Source: Curvularia clavata (taxonomy: Eukaryota). Taken from it: a DNA stretch of 64,000 nucleotides. The stretch lies in assembly GCA_023920165.1 (NCBI GenBank), contig CP089281.1, forward strand, positions 1,364,001-1,428,000, written 5' to 3'. A program made the translations under genes and the position numbers. The first letter of the stretch is position 1, and every line of letters begins with the position of its first letter. The notes below the pieces were generated by a model, which was not told where the DNA came from, searched no databases, and saw only the letters and a program-made list of their open reading frames with translations. This document shows positions 1 to 9,255 of this stretch, in pieces.

Positions 1-1274
1 TGACCATCACGGCCACCACGGCCTCGACTTTCTTCAAGGACACCCCCCCTTCCCCCGCCCCTCTCCCCAAGGCCACTCCCAAGCCTTATCCTTTCCCTCT
101 TCCACTGGGGCCTTGCTACCTCAGTACCGCATACATCCTCTCTGCTCTGGCGGCTCCCCGCTTCTCGGTTCTCGACCTGGTTGTGGGTACCTTCTTGGGT
201 ATCACCTCCCTCTGGCTGCTCTATCGTTTCCCTCTCCTGATCCACATTCGGTGCATCAGAGAGGTGACCATACGTGCTCGTAACTGGACCTTCGATGGTA
301 TCGTCAACGGCATCATCTACCCCGTCAAGGGTTGGTTGCTGTTCCTCGAAGATCTTGTCGATTACGTTGTATGGTACCGCGGGCACCAGCTCCTCGTTCT
401 CGCTCTCTTCACTTGGCACCGGGGATCTGTCACCTCCTCAACCCTTCAGACCTGCTTAGCCACCTACGTCTTCTTTATGGTGTGCTTCCTCAAGTGGGGC
501 ATTTTCAAGCAAGGGGTTCTTGAGGACTGGCAGATCGTCATTGCCGCGAGATACGAGGTGCTCGGGAAGGCCCACGCCTGGTACGAGAACCGTGAGGACT
601 CGAGGCGGATCGACGAGGTCTTTGAGCGGTCACCCTCGAAGATCTCGATCGAAGAATGCCTCTTCCGGGAATTCAACGGGCCAGTACCGGTTCCAACCTT
701 CACCACCATCATCAAGGCCATGGTCCACGACTTCTTCGCCAACCTCTGGCACCTCTGCGTCCTCGTCCTGGAGGAACGCTGTCTGGTTTTCAGCCAGATC
801 TTGCCTCACACGAAGAAGTTGCTCGTCAAGACCTGGACCACCCTCTTCGGCTACAACGAGGAGGAGTTGGTTTGGAACGGTTTTCTGGCCTGTTGGATTT
901 GGTTCCTGGAATGCATCCGCCAGGGAGTCGAGATGAGTCTCTACGGAGCTCGCGAGAAGATCTTCCCGGCACTGAAGACGTTCCTGGCCGCGGTTTACTT
1001 TTACCTTCCGATGATTCGACTCTTACTTACCCATCCGGCTGCGGTACTTCGCAAGCCGAGAGAGTCTGTCTCGTCGCCGCCGCGCCCAGCCAGCCTCCCT
1101 CCCATAACGGATGCGGAATTTCTGAACCACATGCTGGCGAAGCATCTCACTCCACCCCGACCAGAGTGGATGAAGGATCCTTTCGTCACGCAGTGGGGAA
1201 TGAAGCCCATTCGCCGTCGGGAGTGGCTTTGGGAGCCGTCACCGAGGAGCCGGATATATCCTACTTTCTCGTAG
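1..1274 (+). CDS. Orphan intronless predicted multi-pass membrane protein, 5'-truncated by the window edge
   Basis: The frame of ORF 183..1274 stays open back to base 3 (TITATTASTFFKDTPPSPAPLP...), giving more than 420 codons. It has C-ending codon bias, several hydrophobic Trp/Phe/Leu-rich segments and a Pro-rich C-terminus. No domain recognised. Confidence 0.65.
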   Translation, partial: TITATTASTFFKDTPPSPAPLPKATPKPYPFPLPLGPCYLSTAYILSALAAPRFSVLDLVVGTFLGITSLWLLYRFPLLIHIRCIREVTIRARNWTFDGIVNGIIYPVKGWLLFLEDLVDYVVWYRGHQLLVLALFTWHRGSVTSSTLQTCLATYVFFMVCFLKWGIFKQGVLEDWQIVIAARYEVLGKAHAWYENREDSRRIDEVFERSPSKISIEECLFREFNGPVPVPTFTTIIKAMVHDFFANLWHLCVLVLEERCLVFSQILPHTKKLLVKTWTTLFGYNEEELVWNGFLACWIWFLECIRQGVEMSLYGAREKIFPALKTFLAAVYFYLPMIRLLLTHPAAVLRKPRESVSSPPRPASLPPITDAEFLNHMLAKHLTPPRPEWMKDPFVTQWGMKPIRRREWLWEPSPRSRIYPTFS

Positions 1275-1363
1275 GTGCTCTGGTGTCCAAGGTCGTCTCG
1301 CCATGGTTCGTCTTCTGGTTGCCGGGTCTTCTCATCACGACACTCATCTCTTGCCATCCTCTT

Positions 1364-1702
1364 GACAATGCCGAACGCCACCGCTGGCTATATGCCTGAA
1401 GGTCCCCGGCACGTCTCTCTTCTCTCTCTCCATTCTCGTCATGACACCCCCCTCTCTCCATCTCTCGACAATTCCGAAAGCCACCGCTGGCTCACTAGCC
1501 TGAAGGTCCCCGGAACACCCTCTCTTTTGTCGACAATGCCGAACGCCACCGTTGGCTTCTAAGCCTGAAGGTCCCCGGCACACCTCTCTCTTCTCTCCGG
1601 TCGTACGACAGTTCTCACCAGACTCCCGTCACGAGTCTTTTCTCATTCTTCTCGACAATGCCGAAAGCCACCGATGGCACCCAAGCCTGAAGGTCCCCGG
1701 CC
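1364..1702 (+). repeat. Four copies of a ~50-nt motif GACAATKCCGAAMGCCACCGNTGGC-N5-6-GCCTGAAGGTCCCCGGM, separated by pyrimidine-rich spacers; candidate structured RNA
   Basis: Copies at 1364-1412, 1467-1516, 1532-1581 and 1654-1702, read directly from the sequence. Confidence 0.95.
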
Positions 1703-1906
1703 CAAATCTCTCATCATACGAACCCCGAAGCAGTTCGCTCGTCTTGCGGATTGCTATAGTCGTCAAATAACTCTTCTCTCTATCTCGTCGATCCGCTCCT
1801 CACCAAGGCCTGCGTCGATCGCTTCTTCTCTCTTTCTCGTCAGACGACACTTCAAGTCTCCCGCAGCCCACTCGTCTAGTGGACTGCCGGCATCGTCGAA
1901 TGACTG

Positions 1907-1954
1907 TTCTTCTTCTGGTCTTCGTCTTCTGGTCTTCTTCTTCTGGTCTCTGGT
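1907..1954. repeat. Minisatellite, about 3 copies of TTCTTCTTCTGGTC
   Basis: ttcttcttctggtc ttcgtcttctggtc ttcttcttctggtc tctggt. Confidence 0.85.
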
Positions 1955-1980
1955 ATCGGCAAACGTCTCTTTGCCATACC

Positions 1981-2461
1981 ACGCAGCTCGCTCATCCTCT
2001 AAGCTGCCGTGTTTGTCGCACGCCTCTCCGTCAAGTCTCCGCGAGCGACATTCACCCAAGTCACGTCCACTCTGCGCGTCCCCTCCGCTGCCACATCAAA
2101 CCCATGCAGCTGGTCGTCATCCAACAAGCTCCTCCAGGATGACCGACGTCGCAATGCGCCAAGTTCCTCAAGCGCATATGTACCGGGCCCTCAAGTCTCT
2201 TCCCGCCCGCGCATGTCCTCCGCTGCTCTTCAAAGCTACCAATGCAGCTCGCTCGTCTTTTCAGCAGCTGTATTTACCGCGAGTCTCTTTGTCAAGTCTC
2301 GACCGCGACATCTACCCAAGCCTTGGCACGTCTGCGTCACCTCCGCTGCTCCTCTAAAGCTCCGCAGCTGGTCACCGTCCTTAAGCTCCCTAAGATGACC
2401 CGACGCCGTGCTGTACCGTGTCTCTCAGGACGCACGTGTACCAGGCCCTCAAGACCCTCCC
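1981..2461. repeat. Diverged ~260-bp tandem duplication with an internal ~130-bp sub-period
   Basis: Colinear shared blocks: GCAGCTCGCTC 1983/2244, GTCAAGTCTC 2030/2291, CCTCCGCTGC 2082/2340 (also 2217), GCAGCTGGTC 2106/2364, GATGACC(C)GACG 2138/2394, TGTACCRGGCCCTCAAG 2178/2437. Confidence 0.85.
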
Positions 2462-2488
2462 ATCGACCTCCCCGTCCTCGCCCCCGAA

Positions 2489-2722
2489 GCAGCAGGTATA
2501 GTCCCTCGCGGTGCCTGAGCAGCCTTCAACCCCTGTCTCTCCGAGCCGAAGCTCCGTTCTGCTAGGCCGAATTCCCATACAGCAGGTATAGTCCCATTGC
2601 GGTGCCTGAGCGGCTGTACAAGCCCCGTTCTGTGCGGAATTTGGTTCGATGCAGCAGGTATAGCCCTTCACGGTGCCTGAGCAGCTGACGTTCTGGAGTG
2701 CAAGTGTGGTTGGCTCCGTTCT
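2489..2722 (+). repeat. Three copies of CAGCAGGTATAG-N8-CGGTGCCTGAGCRGC, each followed by a CGTTCTG motif
   Basis: Copies at about 2489, 2580 and 2651; CGTTCTG recurs at about 2555, 2626, 2688 and 2717. Confidence 0.9.
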
Positions 2723-2859
2723 GTAAGGATGGTCGCTTGAGGTGGGGATATTCGTTTATGGGAGGGTCTCCGTAAAAGAGAAAAGAGCACACAAAAAAAA
2801 GGTGTGGTTGGAGGTGGGCTGAAGAAAGCGAGCTTGAGTCGAAGACTCTGTTGTCTTGT

Positions 2860-3160
2860 TGTTCGTTGTATATGTTTCTGTTCGTATAAGTTGTACATAT
2901 ATGTACTCTTGTACTATTTGTATATGTTCTGTTGTATACTTGTCTATGTTGTGTCGTATACCTGTATTTTTTTATTGTATACCTGTATATTTTTGTTGTA
3001 TGTCTGTATACCTTTTGTACAACTTGTATATGTTTCTTTTCATGTCGTATATATGTTTCTTGTATACCTTGTACATTGTTTTGTACGATATATCATGTAT
3101 GCGGAGGATCTCTGTACTTCTTATTTGCCTTGTCTGGCTTATACTGGGTTCTTGTACGAG
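2860..3160 (+). repeat. T-rich low-complexity tract dense in TGTA motifs
   Basis: About 19 TGTA occurrences counted by eye in ~290 bp; strongly T-skewed on the + strand. Confidence 0.9.
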
Positions 3161-3624
3161 TTTTCTGTTTGATGATTGTTTCTAGTGCGTTCAAGGTGTT
3201 TGACAGGGAAGATACCCGTTTCTTTGTTTGTACAATAGATGTGCCAACAGGCTTTCTCACCTCCATTTGGTGCATGTTTTCACAAGTGAAGATCGACAAC
3301 GTTGTGTTCCCAGCATAGCCTTCCATCTTGAACTAACAGCCGCAGCTTGTCCGCGATGATCACGTGCAGACAGCTCTAGTCTACAGACGGAACAGCATGC
3401 TGGACAGTATCTTTCGAAACTACGCTTGACATGAAACACAAGTAGCTGCCGTCGGTGTTGGCGATCAGGGCGTAGTGCGGCCGCAGGGCTACCCCACCAT
3501 GCCCCACCTACGCAATGGCCCAATTGCCTGTTCCTGAGCTGCCAATTGACACGACAACAGCCACACCTCCTTCACGCCACGGCCGACCCCGCGCTATCTT
3601 CAAAACTTCCCTGATCCTCCAAAC

Positions 3625-5381
3625 ATGCCTCAGGAAGCTTCCAAGGTCTCCGATCCCGACGCGGACTCCAAGGCGACGGCCGAAGCAGTCGCCGAATCGA
3701 GCAAACAACCACAAGCCGAGCCTGCAAACGAAAGCGGCGATGAGGGTGAGGCGGTAGAAGGGGCAGAGGGCGAGGTGAAGAAGAAGAGCAAGAAGAGCAA
3801 GATCAAGGAAGCTCTCAGCGGCAAGGGAAAGGGGGACGAGGTTACAGATTTGAATGCACCTGCGGGAGGAATGCTTCCCAAGGAAGCCATAAACATGCTG
3901 CTCGCGAACAACCCCGCCCTTGCGAACGAGCTCCAGGGCAAAGTGAATAACAAGGACGACCTGCAGAAGCTGATTCAGAAGCTCAACCTCAACGAGATGC
4001 TGACAGGGCTGGCACCACAAGGTGGCCAGAAAGACATGGCCAGCCACGCATTCTGGAAGACACAACCCGTGCCCAGCTTCGACGAGATGGCAAACAAGGA
4101 GAAGATCAAAGACGGACCGATCAAGGAGATTAATATTGACGAGGTTGACAAGAACCCAAGCCCGATGTACCCCGGTTTCGAATGGGTTACCATGGATTTG
4201 GAACAAGACAAAGAGCTAGAGGAAGTCTACGAGCTGCTCACCAACCACTACGTTGAGGACAAGGACGCGACGTTCCGCTTCAAATACTCGCCGTCATTCC
4301 TGAACTGGTATGGTATCGAAAGGGCAGAAACAGACTGAGGCTAACAATAGCAGGGCACTCAAAGCGCCCGGCTGGAAAAAGGAGTGGCACGTGGGCGTCC
4401 GCGCAACCGCCTCAGGCAAGCTGGTGGCATTCATCTCCGGTATACCGATACAGATGCGAGTCCGCGACAAGGTCCTCAACTGCTCCGAGGTCAACTTCCT
4501 CTGCGTCCACAAGAAGCTTCGTTCGAAGCGGCTAGCACCGGTGCTGATCAAAGAGATTACCCGCCGCTGCTATGTTGAAGGTACATTCCAGGCTGTGTAT
4601 ACTGTTGGCTCCTTGTTGCCCACTCCTGTTTCGACCGCACGATACTTCCATCGTGCCATCAACTGGGAAAAGCTCTACGATGTCGGCTTCTCTCCCCTTC
4701 CCTACGGTAGCACCAAACAGCGCCAGGTCATACGGTACAAGCTACCAGATACCACATCTACCTCTGGACTCCGCGAAATGGAGGACAAGGATGTCGATGC
4801 AACGCTGAGCCTCCTACAGCGATACCTCGAGCGCATGGATATGGCGCAGGTGTTCAACAAAACCGAGTTTGAGCACTGGATGGCACCAAAGGAGAAGCCC
4901 AAAGAGCAGGTCGTGTGGAGCTATGTCGTGGAGGATCCCCAAACTCACAAGATTACGGACTACTTCTCCTTCTACAACCTTGAGAGTACCGTGATTGGCA
5001 ACAAGAAGCACAACACCATCAAGGCAGCATATCTCTTCTACTACGCGACTGAGACTGCTTTTGAGAAGGACGATGCCAAATTGAAGCAACGGCTGAACAT
5101 GCTGATGAGGGACGCGCTGATTCTAGCAAAGAAGGTGAGTCTGCTGAGCAGTCATGAGTCGTGCGTGACACTAATAAGGCCAGGCTGAATTCGACGTCTT
5201 CAACGCCCTCACATTGCTTGATAACCCACTCTTCTTGGAAGAGCAGCGCTTTGGTGCTGGAGACGGTTCGTTGCATTACTATTTCTACAACTACCGCGCT
5301 GCCCCGATCCCTGGTGGCATCGACTCGAGGAACCAAGCGAGCAAGGACCACATGGGTGGCATTGGATTAGTTATGCTATAG
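3625..5381 (+). CDS. NMT1: Glycylpeptide N-myristoyltransferase; exons 3625-4307, 4354-5134, 5184-5381
   Basis: Motifs [61 protein letters not shown] and C-terminal GLVML. Two GT-AG introns with CTAAY branch points restore the frame. Confidence 0.97.
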
Positions 5382-6156
5382 TCAATTTCCAGCGAGCCAG
5401 TAGGTCTGAAAAATGTCTAGTTTGTTGTCGAAGTAGGCCCGTGGAAGACGGCATCAGAGTTGATGATAGCAGGCGGGCGTATTTTGCTTTCCCAAAATTG
5501 GGCAGTGCAGTTGATATCACGTCTTCGGCTTATGTTGTCCCACATTCGTTATGTGTAGGTACCCGAACCTCAGGCAAAGCCCAGACGTTGCATTTCTGGC
5601 TCGGCATTGCTGAAGTGGAGCAAACCCAGAGAAAGCTTAGCCAATTCACTGCGGCTTACAAGCTCTTGTATTAGTACATGACACCAATTCAAAGGCAAAT
5701 GCCGTGAAAACGATATGCCCAGAGTGACTGGCAAGCATCACACCTGCGTCTAGGCACCGACGTCACATGCTCAGCCTGGTTGGTTAAGTGTTAGTCCTCC
5801 CGCTTGTGCAACCCGCTCATTGGGCAAGTGCGACTGCATCAACCTCAATCCGTGGTTGGCAACTTTCTTCCCACTTTTGTCACAGCCTTTCCCAGTCACC
5901 TATATTCTTTGTTTCCAGGCCCGCGCCGCTTATTCAAGCCAGAGTCCTCACCGTCACTCGCTCATTACGTCGCCGATCCCTCAACCACAACACGTGCCCG
6001 TCGTTTGCCAAACGCGAGGCGCGCTACATGTGAATCTAGACCGGCTCCCCAGGCCCCCGCGCAACATCCTCTACCATATTTGGTGTTGATACCCGCTCCA
6101 TCAGCTCCGACCCTGACCCCGAAACCGTGAGCCTCTCATGCGCAGTACTTACTGCT

Positions 6157-9100
6157 ATGGATGCCTTTTACCATCAACGCCGTCAGCACAGAGAGCAGAA
6201 GATGGATCAGAACTACGAGTATGAAGACTACGACGAGAATGGCGACCCAGACTACTTTCTGGCCTTGGCACTGTCGGAGGAGCTCAACGGTCCAGGAGCA
6301 GCATCCGGTGTTGATCGACCACGCGACAGTAACAAGAAGATCACTAATATGCTAACTGTTTTCAAGGGCGAAAACAAGGCATATGACAAGTTGCCAGCGA
6401 AACGAAAACCATCTGCTGGGTTTTGCACGCCAAGTGCAACAAGCAGGTCAACTAGTGAATCAGCTTCAAAAACGGGCGAGCAGCTGACTAGAGATGTCAT
6501 TTATGAACCAGAGACATCATCGGCCTATTTCATCCTGAATACCTTTCCAGAGTTCATTGAATACATCAAGACATGCCGGTGCAGTCAGTGCAGAGAGCTG
6601 TTTGTTGCATCCAGACTTGATGTTCTTACCCCGTTTCAAAACTGGATGGATGGTGTGGTCGACACATTGTCGTGCATCGTTAGATGCAAGAGCTGTGCAA
6701 CATCTATATGCATTGCCTGCACACCAGAGGTTTTTCCCAAGCTCTCCAAGAGCAAGATTCGAAGCAGTAAACAAGAGGTTGCGTGGTGCTGCGCCAGCGG
6801 TCGGCTTTTTCTTATATGGACATTGCTTTGCGGATTCGATACGCATCTTTCCGAGTCGAGAAAGATCGACAAAACTTCGAAGCCACCAACACCTGACACA
6901 AGCCCGAGTCATTCCAGACGTGGCAAGAGAAGTATGGAGTCCCATGTCAGCGGCGTAGGCTATGGAGGCCCTCGATATCCGAAGGCCTACTGGCCCCAAG
7001 GAACCAGCCACGATAGTCATGCTGATGATGAGATCGGCGGCTACAGTTCCGAACTCGAAGATATAGATCACCTAGAAGACCTGCTCAAAGCAGATGAATA
7101 TGCTGCAGCCCATTGGGAGGCTTCTCCGCCTTCAAAAAAGAGGAAGGACAGTATGCCGAAGGCACAAATAGCACAGATGAGCGAAGACAGACTCGGCAAG
7201 CTAACACTGGGCTTCCTGACAGACCTTCTTCCGTCTCTAGAGAGAGACACTTGCTTCGACTATGATCCGCCTGTTGCAGTCCTTGAAATGCTCAGAGGTA
7301 GTAAGATACTTGACTACTGCGCAGAGCTCTTACGGAACGATTCGCTAGTCGATATCGTCAAACGCAAGGAACTGTACCAGAATCTTTTCAGCTTCTTGAA
7401 TACATTGGGATCGCACTTCAGCACTGGCGAGGCCTTGTTTTGCGCTCGCTTCATACGTCCAAAAGCCATCGATCTCTTCACATTATCATTCTGCGATGAA
7501 GACCCTGGACAGAAGGAAACTGTTCCAGCACTTGCGGATGGCTTGCGAAACCTTACCGCACAGAGCTCCTTGGTGCTTCAAAGTGCTGCAAAAAATCAAG
7601 CCGCCTTCGCAAATGACGACGGCCTCACTATGCTTGGGATCTGCCGTCAAGTGTCGAGCCTTGCAGAATTCATTCGAGCGAACAACCCAAGGCACACCAA
7701 CGGCAAAGAAAAGATTGTAGATCCAGCTATTCCTGAGGCGCTTCATTTCACAAGTGTCGAGAAAACGCAGATATTACCAACATACAGGTTTGCTTCGGAT
7801 GCACAAAAGCTCAAAACCTCCCAGCCTGGACGATTCAAGCGCTTGATCACGGAGATCACTACACTACAGACTAGTCTACCGCCGGGCATTTTCGTTCGCT
7901 ATTGCGAGGATCGACCAGACATTCTCAAATGTGTCATAATTGGGCCTATTGGAACACCATATGAGAACGGCATGTTCGAGTTCGATATCTTCTGTGGTGC
8001 CAACTTCCCAAATGAGCCTCCTAGGGTTAGCTTCAAAGGGACAGGAGGCGGAAAAGCAGCCATCAACCCGAATCTCTACCCAGATGGAAAGGTTTGCCTT
8101 TCCTTACTTGGCACATGGTCGGGAGAGCGTTGGGATTCCAAAACATCGACACTGCTCCAGGTGCTCGTCTCGATTCAAGCCATGATTCTATGCGCAGAGC
8201 CGTGGTACAACGAGCCAGGCAGAGAGGCTAATTACTATACTCTCACTGCAGACACTCCATCAGCAAGGTACAACATGGGTGTCCGTATGGACACAGTGCG
8301 CTGGGCAATGCTGCATCATTGGCTGGAGGACAGTCCAAAGCTCTGGAGGGATTTGGTTACTTACCATTTCACGAATCATGGCAACGACATTCTCAAGAAG
8401 GTAGAGGAATGGGCAAACGAGGCAGCAAAGGCAACAAGGCAGCCACTGAAGCGACGAGACATCTTCTCACATCAATGGGCCCTTCCCGGAAGCCCTTTAC
8501 CCCGCGACGCAGAAACAGCATCCAAGGCAGCCGCAGAGGGTCTTGTATTCAAATTGCAAGAAGCACTCAAGCAATACGGCGCTACCTATAAGATCAACTA
8601 CGTCCCTCCGCCTCCTGGGCCCCCATCTCCGACAACTCGGCCACGTTCAGATTCAGTGTCTCAACTCTCACCTACGTGGGCGACATATGATTTTGAAATG
8701 CCACCGGAGATTCCCGATTACCCAGAGACGCCTCACAACTCGGACTATCTGTTCTTTCATCCTCCTCCGCTTGCGCCGGGCGCGGGTCTTGGTACCATGG
8801 GTAGCGCCCTTCCTTCTCTCAACGCTCATAGTTTCGGCGGTTTCTTTGGCACAGCATCGAAATCTAAAAATCCTCCGCCTAGCCCTGGCCCTCTGATTGT
8901 GAGCTCCTCGGGCCCACCAAGCTCGAACACCCGATCAGCTGCGCGTGGCCGAGGAAGTGGCGCAGAAGCGAGTGCGCATCAGGGACGAGGTGTTGAAACG
9001 AGCTTGCCTCGTGGAAGGGGTAGTGGTGTTGAAGCAAGTTCGCACCGTGGGCGCGGTGGCCCAAGCCAAAGCCCGCCTTCTTCTCCGTTTGGCCGTGGTA

Positions 9101-9255
9101 GCGGTGCAGTGAACTTCTTTTCCCTTCCTGAGGAACACTACGGCTACACTGTCGCAAACACGACACATGGAGGACGTGGAGGTTTGGGCCTTGGAGGTTT
9201 CGGCCTTGGACGTGGTCGTGGACGCGGCGACCGTGGAGGCCGAGGAGGCTACTGA
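6157..9255 (+). CDS. Large ubiquitin-conjugating (UBC/E2) domain protein, BIRC6/UBE2O/UBE2Z-like, with an RGG-rich tail
   Basis: Motifs IIGPIGTPYENGMFEFDI and INPNLYPDGKVCLSLLGTWSGERW (catalytic Cys), then TLLQVLVSIQAMIL...PWYNEPG. First ATG at 6157. Confidence 0.88.
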   Translation: MDAFYHQRRQHREQKMDQNYEYEDYDENGDPDYFLALALSEELNGPGAASGVDRPRDSNKKITNMLTVFKGENKAYDKLPAKRKPSAGFCTPSATSRSTSESASKTGEQLTRDVIYEPETSSAYFILNTFPEFIEYIKTCRCSQCRELFVASRLDVLTPFQNWMDGVVDTLSCIVRCKSCATSICIACTPEVFPKLSKSKIRSSKQEVAWCCASGRLFLIWTLLCGFDTHLSESRKIDKTSKPPTPDTSPSHSRRGKRSMESHVSGVGYGGPRYPKAYWPQGTSHDSHADDEIGGYSSELEDIDHLEDLLKADEYAAAHWEASPPSKKRKDSMPKAQIAQMSEDRLGKLTLGFLTDLLPSLERDTCFDYDPPVAVLEMLRGSKILDYCAELLRNDSLVDIVKRKELYQNLFSFLNTLGSHFSTGEALFCARFIRPKAIDLFTLSFCDEDPGQKETVPALADGLRNLTAQSSLVLQSAAKNQAAFANDDGLTMLGICRQVSSLAEFIRANNPRHTNGKEKIVDPAIPEALHFTSVEKTQILPTYRFASDAQKLKTSQPGRFKRLITEITTLQTSLPPGIFVRYCEDRPDILKCVIIGPIGTPYENGMFEFDIFCGANFPNEPPRVSFKGTGGGKAAINPNLYPDGKVCLSLLGTWSGERWDSKTSTLLQVLVSIQAMILCAEPWYNEPGREANYYTLTADTPSARYNMGVRMDTVRWAMLHHWLEDSPKLWRDLVTYHFTNHGNDILKKVEEWANEAAKATRQPLKRRDIFSHQWALPGSPLPRDAETASKAAAEGLVFKLQEALKQYGATYKINYVPPPPGPPSPTTRPRSDSVSQLSPTWATYDFEMPPEIPDYPETPHNSDYLFFHPPPLAPGAGLGTMGSALPSLNAHSFGGFFGTASKSKNPPPSPGPLIVSSSGPPSSNTRSAARGRGSGAEASAHQGRGVETSLPRGRGSGVEASSHRGRGGPSQSPPSSPFGRGSGAVNFFSLPEEHYGYTVANTTHGGRGGLGLGGFGLGRGRGRGDRGGRGGY

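Noticed and set aside
1364..1702. CRISPR array interpretation of repeat-spacer pattern
   Set aside because: Eukaryotic context, no cas genes, spacers of very unequal length (about 15-70 nt) that are low-complexity and partly similar to each other.
2489..2524. HDV-like ribozyme suggested by TCCCTCGC resembling the HDV L3 loop
   Set aside because: No P3 helix flanks it, no GG for P1.1 follows the stem, and the loop is not conserved in the other two copies.
2730..2760. LTR-retrotransposon polypurine tract (CTTGAGGTGGGGATA)
   Set aside because: Not followed by a TG-starting LTR that I can delimit, and no gag/pol remnants are seen upstream.
2860..3160. RIP-mutated transposon relic
   Set aside because: TpA is high, but composition is strongly strand-asymmetric and stop codons are scarce, unlike typical heavily RIPped AT-rich DNA. 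Not fully excluded.
2804..3318. Three overlapping hydrophobic ORFs on the + strand
   Set aside because: By-product of a T-rich low-complexity tract that rarely forms stop codons; no coding signature.
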